Of a DNA stretch of 64,000 nt, positions 29,008 to 38,120 are shown piece after piece. The DNA is from Polyangiaceae bacterium. GTDB lineage: Bacteria; Myxococcota_A; Polyangia; Polyangiales; Polyangiaceae. Every line of letters starts with the position of its first letter. Position 1 is the first letter of the stretch. Below the pieces are notes generated by a model. It saw only the letters and a program-made list of their open reading frames with translations. It was not told where the DNA came from and made no database searches. The DNA is taken from positions 32,001 through 96,000 of the forward strand of contig CBDCTZ010000008.1 of the NCBI GenBank assembly GCA_965222375.1. Reading direction: 5' to 3'. The position numbers and the translations under genes are program-made.

Positions 29008-30691
29008 GGGCCTGACCACTTAAGCGGCAACTCGCAACTGATCGATAACGCTCAGGTTGCTGAGAGCAGCGTGCCGGCGGAGGTCGAAGAGGTTGTTGCG
29101 CTGACCACGGTAGCGAGCACGGTCGCCTTGGCGGTTATGCAGGGTCGCGAGGCTGTGTTCGACGGCAGTACGCTTGCGAAGGCGGGCGCGGCCTTCGCGC
29201 GTGCGGGCGTTTTCGCGCAGCTGGATGTGGAAGGGCTCATGGGGGTGTAGCGTGACGCTGCGGCCACGCCCCGGGGCGGCGCGCGTGCAGTCGTCGCGGC
29301 TGCGACATACATCGCAGCGGGCAGCTGGGAAGCGAGCGACGGAGCCAGCGCTCGCTTTAACCGCAACGCCTTCGGGACAACGGGCGATTCCCGCAGCCAG
29401 ATCGAGCTTGAAATCGGCCTTGGTGAAGCGCCCGCCGTTGCGCAACGGAAACGGTTTGCAGAAAACCTCTGTTCCTTCGGCGCGACGGGATTCGATCGCA
29501 TCGTCGCCAAGGTAGCCTCGATCGATGTAGAGTTCTGAAACGGAGCCGCACTGTTCGAGTAATTCTGCCGAAGCGACACGTTCAGGACGATTCGCGGGGG
29601 TGATCGCGACGGCGCAGATGATGCCGGGCGTATCGAGCTGTATCGCGATGTGTCGCTTGTAGCCGTCGATGCGTTTCTTCTTGCTCTTGCGGCCATGACG
29701 CATGTCGGGGTCACTCACGCTAATGCGTCGGTCCTTCGCCACGCCGCGTGTGATCCGGCTCCCTCCGTCCCCGTCTGGATCGGGCTCGGTGTCCTGCGAG
29801 ACGAGCTTTTCCACCAGTGCCCACTGCCCGGCCAGCGGCGCTTCTTTCAGCGGTTTCGTCAGCTCTTTTTCGAGAAAGCGGCCGAGTGACTGTACCTGCT
29901 TGAGCAGTCGACCGAGCGCCTTGGTGCGCGCCCCAGGGTCGTCCCAGTCGATGTCGAGCCCTGTCTTGATGCTGGTGGCGTTGAGTACTGGGATCCCCGC
30001 AGCAGCCGCGACCTTGTCGACGGGTTGACCGAGCCGCCGCGCTGCCGTGCGAACGACGTGTAGCGAGGCGCGCCCGATGAGATTGAAGGTGTCCTCGACG
30101 CGACCCGCGCCCCATAGTGGGCTGGCGTCGAATGCAGCACGCAGGTGCGTTGCACTGAATCCGCCCGTCTCGCGTGCGAGTTCGACCGTCTTGTTGAAGA
30201 GCAGCTCGTCGAGCCCATGCGCAATGACGCGCTGGCGAAAGTTGTAAAACGTGCCTTGCGAGAAGAGCGGCACTTCGATTCCCGCACAGTTGAGCACCAT
30301 TTGCCAGCGGCGATCCATCAACGTAAGCTCAACCACCTCGTGGTCGGGCACACGCAGCGCGGCCTGCAGCAACATCGCAAGGCCGAGTTGAGCAGGCGGG
30401 ACGCGACCACGCCCCCGCTCCACGGGCGAATATGCCTCCGTCAGCTTCGCCTGCATCTCTTCGTCAAAAATCCTATGTCGCAGCTCGCGCAGGAATACGA
30501 ATACTCTGCGTTTCGCACATCGCTTTGCGATGAACTTCTCACCACGCGACAGCTCGACCGGCGCCTTCCAGATCTCCATGGGGTCCTCCTGACCCCGTTT
30601 GATCACTACACGCCCGGCGCGTCGATCCTGGCTTCTAAGCGATCGAACTTGCTTTGTATTTCGACGCCGCCGCTAGAATTTGATCGGGTCT
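29008..30691 (-). mobile_element. Insertion sequence, IS1182-like
   Basis: CTAG on both sides (29004-29007 and 30692-30695); imperfect terminal inverted repeats GGGCCTGACCA versus AGACCCGATCA; single transposase. Confidence 0.78.
29020..30579 (-). CDS. DDE transposase, IS1182-like
   Basis: AGGAGG RBS; N-terminal GRGRVPP...MLLQ; DAS, DPDMRHG..GYK, YIDRGY, C..C...C zinc motif, RTAVEH...RYRG. Confidence 0.9.
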   Translation of the reverse strand: MEIWKAPVELSRGEKFIAKRCAKRRVFVFLRELRHRIFDEEMQAKLTEAYSPVERGRGRVPPAQLGLAMLLQAALRVPDHEVVELTLMDRRWQMVLNCAGIEVPLFSQGTFYNFRQRVIAHGLDELLFNKTVELARETGGFSATHLRAAFDASPLWGAGRVEDTFNLIGRASLHVVRTAARRLGQPVDKVAAAAGIPVLNATSIKTGLDIDWDDPGARTKALGRLLKQVQSLGRFLEKELTKPLKEAPLAGQWALVEKLVSQDTEPDPDGDGGSRITRGVAKDRRISVSDPDMRHGRKSKKKRIDGYKRHIAIQLDTPGIICAVAITPANRPERVASAELLEQCGSVSELYIDRGYLGDDAIESRRAEGTEVFCKPFPLRNGGRFTKADFKLDLAAGIARCPEGVAVKASAGSVARFPAARCDVCRSRDDCTRAAPGRGRSVTLHPHEPFHIQLRENARTREGRARLRKRTAVEHSLATLHNRQGDRARYRGQRNNLFDLRRHAALSNLSVIDQLRVAA

Positions 30692-30859
30692 CTAGATAGA
30701 ATCGGACAACCTCCCATCACCGAGCGAACATCCGGGCACCCCCGTGCGAACAAACCAACTTCCACGAGCCCCACCTCCGCGCTAGTGGCAACCCTCGCCA
30801 CAGCGCGAGAATAGCGCCCCTGTCGCCGCCCCAGCGCCGCGACCCCAAACCTCAGAAAC

Positions 30860-31627
30860 TCAAAGCACGAACTGATCGCCGAGACCGAGCACGGTCAGGT
30901 TCACGCCCTTGAGTCGGGCACACTCCTGTTCCACCTCTGACTGGAAGACAGGTTTGATGTGGTAGAGCAACGTGGGCAGATCCTTCGGAGTGCCGTACTT
31001 CCTCAGGTCTTTGGCCAGAGTGCGGGGCGTGTGGTGGCCGCTCACGGTGGCGAGCTTCTGTTCTCGGTTGGGGAAACTGACTTCCATGAGCAGCGCCTTG
31101 AGGCGCTCTTCTTCGCGGAGTATCTCCCACAGGCGATCTGTGGGTCCTGTGTCGCCACTGTAGCCGATGGTAGCGTCTTTGCCGCGGATGATGAAACCGG
31201 CGCTTTCGATAGTGTGTTCGACCATGACACTGGTCACGTCGTAGTCACCGATCTTGGTCGGTTTTTCGGGCTTGAGCTCGACGAACTTGACTGTGGGATG
31301 CGCCTTGGTCGGGATCTCCGAGAAGTCGGGCCAGATGTAGTTATTGAAGAAGTGTTTCTTCAGTGCGCGAATCGTTCCCTTGCTAGCAGCGACGACCAGT
31401 GGCTCGCATTCAGCCTGGCAGCGGTTGTCGGCTATGGTCGCGAGATCTCGGATGTGATCCAGGTGAGCGTGGCTGACCAGCACCGCGCCGAGGCGGAACT
31501 GCATCCTCAGATCCAGCCCGCTGGTCAGGGAGCCGGCATCCAGCGCAACACGCTCGTCCAGGACGAAGGCGCTGGTGCGGTGCTGGGGTGTTTCACCGCC
31601 GTGGCAGCCGACGACGCGCAGTTCCAT
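30860..31627 (-). CDS. Class II 3',5'-cyclic-nucleotide phosphodiesterase (MBL fold)
   Basis: VVGCHGG, LDAGS, SHAHLDHI, FNNYIWPDF, SGDTG, EVSFPN, GHHTP, YHIKP. Confidence 0.85.
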   Translation of the reverse strand: MELRVVGCHGGETPQHRTSAFVLDERVALDAGSLTSGLDLRMQFRLGAVLVSHAHLDHIRDLATIADNRCQAECEPLVVAASKGTIRALKKHFFNNYIWPDFSEIPTKAHPTVKFVELKPEKPTKIGDYDVTSVMVEHTIESAGFIIRGKDATIGYSGDTGPTDRLWEILREEERLKALLMEVSFPNREQKLATVSGHHTPRTLAKDLRKYGTPKDLPTLLYHIKPVFQSEVEQECARLKGVNLTVLGLGDQFVL

Positions 31628-31967
31628 CAGCTCATGGCCTTTCGGTCCCGGATTCGCTTGCGACCGTGCGCGGCAGATGGCCCGGAGCCTAGGCATCGCC
31701 GGGGCGCGGAAGGTCCCGATGGCATCTCCACCCGAGCATATAGCCCCTGGCCTCGTGTGGTCAAAACGGCTTCACCGCTGTCTCACTTGCGGCTCGAAAC
31801 GGCTTTGGCAAGTGCTTTTCGGCCCAAAAGCCTTGCCCGAGGCGAAAAAAACAGCTAGTTACGCCCGCCCTGGCGGCGAAAAGCTCTCTAGAGCAGGCGG
31901 CCAGTACCGCTAGCCCAGGCCACCATGGCCCGCGCTTTCGGCAAAGGAACTTCGGTTCAATTCCCCT

Positions 31968-32038
31968 TGGGGGATCGTCTAATGGCAGGACACAAGATTC
32001 TGGTTCTTGTTATCTAGGTTCGAATCCTAGTCCCCCAG
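31968..32038 (+). tRNA. tRNA-Gln (anticodon CTG), CCA not encoded
   Basis: TGGGGGA/TCCCCCA acceptor stem, CAAGA-TTCTGGT-TCTTG anticodon arm, GGTTCGAATCC T-arm. Confidence 0.95.
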
Positions 32039-32047
32039 CAAATCTCA

Positions 32048-32123
32048 GGCCCCATCGTCTAGTGGTTTAGGACATCGGCCTCTCACGCCGGTAACACGAG
32101 TTCGAATCTCGTTGGGGTCACCA
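32048..32123 (+). tRNA. tRNA-Glu (anticodon CTC) with encoded CCA
   Basis: GGCCCCA/TGGGGTC acceptor stem, TCGGC-CTCTCAC-GCCGG anticodon arm, GAGTTCGAATCTC T-arm. Confidence 0.96.
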
Positions 32124-32159
32124 AAGGCCCGGGCATCAACGCTCGGGCCTTTGTCTTTT
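32123..32159 (+). terminator. Terminator after the tRNA pair
   Basis: AAAGGCCCGGGC-ATCAAC-GCTCGGGCCTTT followed by GTCTTTT. Confidence 0.8.
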
Positions 32160-32160
32160 C

Positions 32161-32787
32161 GTGAGCGCAAAGAAGAAAAAGAAGGCGCAGGCAGGCCGAG
32201 CATCGAAGCCCCCCAGCCGCCCGCCCAACCGCCCGGTGGATGCGCTGCACCAGGCGGCGCGGGAGGAGCGTTGGGAGGCGAGGCGGCTGCCCCTGATGTT
32301 CGGTGGCATTCTCGCCGTCGTGCTGGTGTCTCGCATGGAGGGGATCCGCGACCGTGCGGGCCAAGTTGGGGCCTACGCCATCCCCGTGGCGTTTGCATTC
32401 CTCGCGATTCGCCCATTTCGAGAATCGGCACTTTGGACCGCGGCGTTGGGCGTTGCGCTCGGTGCTAGCGCCATTTGCTGCGTGACCGTCGCAGGAGTGA
32501 TTGGCTCGGAGCATGCAACACGGGATCTCCTCATTGCCCTGCTTGTCGCGGCGCCCGTCGCAGGTGCCGTGTTGCAGGGGTATGGCGCTCGCATCGGCGT
32601 GCGGTCCTACTGCGCGGCCTGGCTCGGTATCGCAGCTCAGTTTTCGTACTTCTTGGCGGGGCATCGCAATGCCGGCCACGATTCCTTCGATGCGCTGTTG
32701 GGAGCGGGCTTGGTGGCGCTCTTTGTCGGCGGAGGCGTGGGCTTCGCACTCGGCGTCATCGTTACGCAACTGGGAAAACGCGGCTGA
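32161..32787 (+). CDS. Hypothetical multi-pass membrane protein
   Basis: Lys-rich N-terminus followed by about six hydrophobic segments. Confidence 0.65.
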   Translation: MSAKKKKKAQAGRASKPPSRPPNRPVDALHQAAREERWEARRLPLMFGGILAVVLVSRMEGIRDRAGQVGAYAIPVAFAFLAIRPFRESALWTAALGVALGASAICCVTVAGVIGSEHATRDLLIALLVAAPVAGAVLQGYGARIGVRSYCAAWLGIAAQFSYFLAGHRNAGHDSFDALLGAGLVALFVGGGVGFALGVIVTQLGKRG

Positions 32788-32806
32788 CCGAGAAGTACCG
32801 GCGTTA

Positions 32807-33289
32807 TCAGCGGTAGGCACCCCTCGCCTGTTTGCCCCCCACCAACGCAGCAACGGTGTCTCGGAAGCGCTGCACGACGAGGGCGGCGTCCTGCTCCGTC
32901 ACCGAGCAGACTGCCCGCAAATGTGTCGGCGTCAACGAGAAGCCCACGGCGATCCGGCACAGGTCGAGCAGATGGCGCCGGACGTTCGGGCTCAATAGTT
33001 GGCGGACTTGAAAGGGCTTTCCTCTCACCAGGACAGATTCGTCGAACTCGGGCTCGTCGAACGTCATTTCGGGCTTTGTCCAGAAGTCCACGTAGTCCGA
33101 GTCCCGCAATTCTCGCACGAACACCTCGAACCTGAAGGGCTTGGTGAATTCAGCTTCGAAGGTCATTTCTCCGTGATCGACGAGCAATACGACTTGCGCG
33201 CGAGGTTCCAGCAACACCAAGCGGTGGTCGTCCGCCTGGCGAAACCCCTGCTGAACCGCCGCCGCTGCCAACACGGATGCGGTCGTCAT
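32807..33289 (-). CDS. Hypothetical protein
   Basis: ATG overlaps the upstream stop (ATGA); D/E..FD...V.G pattern; ends GAYR. Confidence 0.6.
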   Translation of the reverse strand: MTTASVLAAAAVQQGFRQADDHRLVLLEPRAQVVLLVDHGEMTFEAEFTKPFRFEVFVRELRDSDYVDFWTKPEMTFDEPEFDESVLVRGKPFQVRQLLSPNVRRHLLDLCRIAVGFSLTPTHLRAVCSVTEQDAALVVQRFRDTVAALVGGKQARGAYR

Positions 33290-34140
33290 GGCGCGGAAGA
33301 AGTGCGAAACGTCCAGGGTTTGGCGCCGTTCGGATCGCGCTCCGTCGCGAGCCATTCCACGACCCGCTTCGACCACTGCGCTCGCGCGGCGATGGTTGGA
33401 TGGATCTTGTCCTTCAGTCGGGGCATGTCGGGAAACACTTGGTTGCTATCCATCACCCGGCATGGCGCTGCATTGGCTTGGATCACCGGCAATAGCCCCG
33501 TGTCTCCGACTTCCCACAGGGGTGGCAGGATCCAAACGCAGGGTCGATCCCCCAAACGCGCCACGAGCTTCTTGATCAGCTTGATCCGAGACTCCGGCTT
33601 TCGGATTTGTACTTCGTTGGTGCCTAAGGTGATCAGCACCAGATCGGGTTTGAATTGAGCCAAGTACACCGGCAGCTCTTTGCTCCAGGCCCAGGTCGGA
33701 ATGAAGCTCGCGGTCTTGAATCGAAGCACGCTGCGCACGCCGTGCTGCTTGAACTCCTTGTTCAAAGTGATGCCCAAAGCCCCTGCCATGGAGTCGCCGA
33801 TGTGCAGCACCGTCGTGCCTCTCGGCGGCGGTGCTGGCGCTTCGCGGGGTTTGGAGGTTGGGGCTTGCCCGGGAGGACATTGCACGCCGGGCGCGCACTC
33901 GAGTGCGGGAGCTGCGGGCCCCTCTGATCTGGCCTGCCCTCTGTCTTCAGGCCTTTTGCGGCCCACTGGACTATTGCCCTGCCCGCTCGGCACGACGGGC
34001 GGCTGCGGCTCCGAGCTCTGCCCACAGGCTTGTCCTTCACAGGGTGGTGGCGACGCGCTCGGCTGTTGCGCCGAACCGGCACAGCCCGCAAACAGTAGGA
34101 TCAACCCGCTGAGTTTCCCGCGGAGGGCAGATGGGCTCAT
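33286..34140 (-). CDS. SGNH/GDSL hydrolase-like lipoprotein
   Basis: Lipobox LFAGC; IGDSM, LGTNE and DKIHPT blocks. Confidence 0.8.
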   Translation of the reverse strand: MSPSALRGKLSGLILLFAGCAGSAQQPSASPPPCEGQACGQSSEPQPPVVPSGQGNSPVGRKRPEDRGQARSEGPAAPALECAPGVQCPPGQAPTSKPREAPAPPPRGTTVLHIGDSMAGALGITLNKEFKQHGVRSVLRFKTASFIPTWAWSKELPVYLAQFKPDLVLITLGTNEVQIRKPESRIKLIKKLVARLGDRPCVWILPPLWEVGDTGLLPVIQANAAPCRVMDSNQVFPDMPRLKDKIHPTIAARAQWSKRVVEWLATERDPNGAKPWTFRTSSAP

Positions 34141-35405
34141 GGACAGCACGCCGAGTTCCATCCCACGCCCACGTCCCGATTGGAACAACCCGCTACGGCT
34201 CCGGCCCGGTTGCGGCCAGCGTGGGTCCCGCCGCTGTAGCGATAGGCATTGGGCTGGCCTGGTTTGTACTTCTGACAGTCAGCGTCGAATTGGGGCGACC
34301 GGCTGCGGCGAATGGGCGTTGCCTTCTTCCCGGGATACCTCGGCCCCGTCGCGGGCTCCTCGAGCACACAGCCATGTCCCGCAACCTTGACCCGACCATC
34401 GGGACATTCCGGCTCCCCTGCCCGCGCGCAGCGCACGCCATTCCAGCTCTGGTTCTTTTTGCAGGGCGCTGAGTGCACGCCGAAGTTGCAGCGCTTGCCG
34501 TCTTCACTGCGACCAAAGGCGCACTTGGCATTCGCAGGCGTCACCACGCAGCGAAATCCGAGGTGCGAGCCCCATTGCTTGGCGCCGTAACGGTTGCGGA
34601 GTTTGGGACTCATCCACTTGGCGAAGCGGCGACTCCAGCTACCCCCGCGATAGCCTCTCGATGGAGAGACTTGGGGAGGAAACGGGAACGGCCCGAAGCC
34701 ATCGTCGACCCACTCCCAGACGTTGCCGATGACGTCGTACAGACCGAATACGTCCGGGGCGAAGGATTTGACCTTGCAAGAGCCGCCGACATGCTTCCAG
34801 CAGGTTCGGCCGTCCGGGGGTTCGTTGCCCCAGGAGTACCTCAGCTGGAGCTTTCCACCGCGCGCCGTGAACTCCCACTCGGCCTCGGAGGGCAGTCTTG
34901 CGCCTCGTTGCTCGCAGTACGCCTTGGCTTGGAACCAGTTCACGCAATTGATCGGGTGATCCATCCGATCCACGACCCGGGCGTTGCAAAAGCGCCGCTT
35001 GCGCTGCGCGGGCGTGCACTTCTGGGTCTTCTCGCACGCCAGATAGTCGGCAACAGTCACCTCGGTTTCGTCCACACATAGATCCGAAACCTCGGTCTCG
35101 AATCGTGGCCGGTCCTCCGGGGCTGCGGTCGGCGAGTTGGAACCCATAGACAACTTACCGCCGCCAACAAAGCGCATGCCCTGCGGACAGGGGGTTGGCT
35201 TCGCCACGGCTGGCCGCGCACTCGCCTTCGCCGCAGGTGCGGCGCTGGATTGGGCTGACGACGCGCTCGGCGCGGCCGTGACGGGCGGCGTCTTCGCACG
35301 CGTCGAAGCGCTCGGCTCCGTGTGCCGCCTCTCCTCATCGCAGGAGGCCAACATGACGAGCAGACACCAGGGAGCCAATCGCACGGCGCTGGCGTATAGC
35401 ATCAT
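34137..35405 (-). CDS. Formylglycine-generating-enzyme (SUMF1/PvdO)-family lipoprotein with Cys-rich C-terminus
   Basis: Lipobox MLASC; ETEVT, HPINCVNW, RLPSEAEWE, LYDVIGNVWEW, RGGSW, GFRC. Confidence 0.88.
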   Translation of the reverse strand: MMLYASAVRLAPWCLLVMLASCDEERRHTEPSASTRAKTPPVTAAPSASSAQSSAAPAAKASARPAVAKPTPCPQGMRFVGGGKLSMGSNSPTAAPEDRPRFETEVSDLCVDETEVTVADYLACEKTQKCTPAQRKRRFCNARVVDRMDHPINCVNWFQAKAYCEQRGARLPSEAEWEFTARGGKLQLRYSWGNEPPDGRTCWKHVGGSCKVKSFAPDVFGLYDVIGNVWEWVDDGFGPFPFPPQVSPSRGYRGGSWSRRFAKWMSPKLRNRYGAKQWGSHLGFRCVVTPANAKCAFGRSEDGKRCNFGVHSAPCKKNQSWNGVRCARAGEPECPDGRVKVAGHGCVLEEPATGPRYPGKKATPIRRSRSPQFDADCQKYKPGQPNAYRYSGGTHAGRNRAGAVAGCSNRDVGVGWNSACCP

Positions 35406-35787
35406 CCAGCCACAGGTGCTTCAGCATCATAGACAACGTGGTCACCGGGATCCCCGTTGCGAGTGCAATCCAAATCGACGGAGCGCAGAACTTCGTCAAC
35501 AAGAACAACACGGACGGAAACGGTCATGCGCTGACGGTTCAGTGAACGGCCTGCCGCGCGCACTCAGCTTCGGCCGCGCGAAACCGCGGCCCCGCAGGGT
35601 TGCGCCACCGGTGGCCTTCCGTGAGAGTAGTGGCCCAGTGCCGCCACATCGTCGCGACCCCCAACAATCATCCGGCGAACGGACTCGGTCCAACTACGAC
35701 GCCGGCGAGCCCAATAGGCGAGTCCCAGGATGAACGTTGTCGGGCAAGCGCGACTTTTTCTCGAAATTCTCGTATAGCCCGAGGGGC

Positions 35788-36855
35788 GTGGCTTCTCCCG
35801 TCACTCTCCAGGGGCTCACTCGTCGGTTTTCGAAAACCGAGCGCCCTGCCCTCGATCGCCTGAGCCTCGAAGTCGCGGCGGGTGAGGTCGTCAGCCTGGT
35901 GGGCCCGAGCGGTTGCGGTAAGAGCACCACGCTGCGGCTCATCGCTGGCCTGGACACCCCGGATCGCGGCAGCATCGCCATCGCCGGGCGCGACATGGTC
36001 CAAGTGCCGCCCCAGGATCGGGACGTCGCCATGGTGTTCCAAGGCTTCGCCTTGTACCCGCACATGACGGTCAAGGAGATCATGGATTTTCCGCTGCGCA
36101 TGCGGCGGGTCGCCAAGGCCGAACGAGACAAGTTGATTGGTGACACCGCCGAGATGCTCAACATCACTCGGCTGCTGGAGCGCCGGCCCGCGCAGCTGTC
36201 CGGCGGTGAGCAGCAGCGAGTAGCCATGGGTCGAGCCATCGTGCGGCGGCCGGAAGTCTTTCTATTCGACGAGCCGCTGTCGAATCTGGACGCCGCATTG
36301 CGCGCGGAGCTGCGGGTGGAGTTGGGCAAGCTGCTGCGCCGCATGGGGGCGACAGCGCTGTATGTGACACACGACCAGGCGGAAGCCATGACCCTGTCGG
36401 ATCGCATCGTCTTGCTCAACGCCGGCAAACTGGAGCAGGTTGCCACGCCCCGCGAGATCTACGAGCGACCCCAGAGCATTTTTGCGGCCTCGTTCTTCGG
36501 TAGCCCGCCCATGAACCTCATGGATGTAGAGCAGGACGGCGCCGGCGGCACGGCCGGCAGCTTGCGACTCTCCGCGGTGCCGGAGGCCGAAACCCCGGTC
36601 CTCGGGATCCGGCCCGAGCACATCCGCCTGGAGCCCGGAGCGGAAAGCGATATCGAGGGCAGTGCGAGGGTGACGGCCGTGGAGCTATTGGGCGGCGAGT
36701 CCCACCTGGAATTGGATGCCGGCGGCGAGACATTGCGGGTCAAAACGCCGGGCTTCGACGCCCCGGAGCTCGATGCCGAGGTCACCATCGCCTTCAGCCA
36801 GCATCAAGTCCGGTGGTTCGACCGCGCCACGGGCCGGGCCTTGGAGGACGACTGA
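35788..36855 (+). CDS. Sugar/glycerol-3-phosphate ABC transporter ATPase (UgpC/MalK-like)
   Basis: [55 protein letters not shown] domain. Confidence 0.93.
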   Translation: MASPVTLQGLTRRFSKTERPALDRLSLEVAAGEVVSLVGPSGCGKSTTLRLIAGLDTPDRGSIAIAGRDMVQVPPQDRDVAMVFQGFALYPHMTVKEIMDFPLRMRRVAKAERDKLIGDTAEMLNITRLLERRPAQLSGGEQQRVAMGRAIVRRPEVFLFDEPLSNLDAALRAELRVELGKLLRRMGATALYVTHDQAEAMTLSDRIVLLNAGKLEQVATPREIYERPQSIFAASFFGSPPMNLMDVEQDGAGGTAGSLRLSAVPEAETPVLGIRPEHIRLEPGAESDIEGSARVTAVELLGGESHLELDAGGETLRVKTPGFDAPELDAEVTIAFSQHQVRWFDRATGRALEDD

Positions 36856-36857
36856 CG

Positions 36858-38120
36858 ATGCTGTCCCGACGCGCATTCTCCCTTGGATGCGCCGCGACGC
36901 TCGTGGGTTGTGCCGAGGGCCGCATCCCCCCGGGTCGCAAAGCCGCGACGCTGTGGTTCACCTACGGCGGACGCAACCGCAAGGTCTTGGAAGAACTCGT
37001 TGGGCGGTTCAACGAGAGCCAGCAGAAGCACTACATCGTCAGTGTGTTTCAGGGCGACTACTTCGAAGGGCTGGCCAAGTTGCGCACTGCCATGGCGGCG
37101 AAAGTCGGTCCAACCATCAGCCACGTCGTCGGGGAAGTGATCCCCTATTTGGCGGAAGCGGGCGTGCTGGAGCCCCTGGGCAAATACCCCGGCGCGAAGC
37201 GCATGGGGGTCATCGAATCCTTGGGCCAGGTGGGCTCTTGGATAGGAGGTGGTGATCGCCCTTTGGTCTGCCTGCCTTTCAATCGCTCGACTCCTATCGC
37301 GTACCTGAACGGCTCCCTCTTCGACAAGGCGGGGCTCTCAGCGCCGAAGAACTGGGACGAGTTGCGCAAAGTTGCCAATGCCTTGAGCCAGCACGAAGGG
37401 GGGCGCACGACACGATTTGGTTTCGGCTGCCCCATCGATTGGTGGTTCTGGACCGCCCTCGTCGGACAGGCTGGCGGCAAAGTGGTCGAAGACGACGGCC
37501 GCGTGAGCTTGGGCGGTGACGCCGGCGTCGAAGCCATCGAACTGTGGAAGCGCATGGTCCACGAAGACAGGAGCATGAAGCCGCCACCGGGGCGGGACTT
37601 CAACGCCTGGGAGCAGACCAATCAGGACTTCCTGTCGGGACGCACGGCGATGATCTGGACCAGTACGGCTTTCCTCAAATACCTGGAAGACAACGCGCCG
37701 TTCAAAGTGGTCGCTGCGCCGCTGCCCGCGGGCCGCAAGCGAGCGGTGCCGACGGGTGGGACCCACTGGATCATGCTCAAGAGCGCCCCCGAGGAGGACA
37801 AACAGGTCGCCTGGGAGTTTCTGCGATTCATGCACAAGCCCGCCCAAGCTACTCACTGGGCCACGCGAACGGGCTACATGCCGGTGACTCGCGGCGCCGT
37901 CGAATTGCTCAAGCAGCAGGGCTACTACGAAAAGAACCCCAACGACCGAGTCGCGGTTGAACAGCTTTCCGTGGCCCTGCCCTGGCCTTGGAGCACTCAG
38001 CTGTTCCGGGTCCAGCGAGAGATCGTGCAGCCACGTCTCGAAAGTGCCGTGCTTGGCGGAAAAAGTGCCCGCGAGGTGATCGAGAGCGCCCGCCAGCTCA
38101 CGACGAGGGGGGCGCGGTGA
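36858..38120 (+). CDS. ABC transporter substrate-binding lipoprotein (UgpB-like), Tat-type signal
   Basis: MLSRRAF...LVGC; LPFNRSTP, PKNWDEL, TGYMP. Confidence 0.88.
   Translation: MLSRRAFSLGCAATLVGCAEGRIPPGRKAATLWFTYGGRNRKVLEELVGRFNESQQKHYIVSVFQGDYFEGLAKLRTAMAAKVGPTISHVVGEVIPYLAEAGVLEPLGKYPGAKRMGVIESLGQVGSWIGGGDRPLVCLPFNRSTPIAYLNGSLFDKAGLSAPKNWDELRKVANALSQHEGGRTTRFGFGCPIDWWFWTALVGQAGGKVVEDDGRVSLGGDAGVEAIELWKRMVHEDRSMKPPPGRDFNAWEQTNQDFLSGRTAMIWTSTAFLKYLEDNAPFKVVAAPLPAGRKRAVPTGGTHWIMLKSAPEEDKQVAWEFLRFMHKPAQATHWATRTGYMPVTRGAVELLKQQGYYEKNPNDRVAVEQLSVALPWPWSTQLFRVQREIVQPRLESAVLGGKSAREVIESARQLTTRGAR

Noticed and set aside
31804..31822. Sigma54 promoter (TGGCAAG...)
   Set aside because: The -12 element reads TTTC rather than TTGC
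31968..32123. tRNA-targeted genomic island
   Set aside because: No integrase and no duplicated tRNA 3' end noticed in the window
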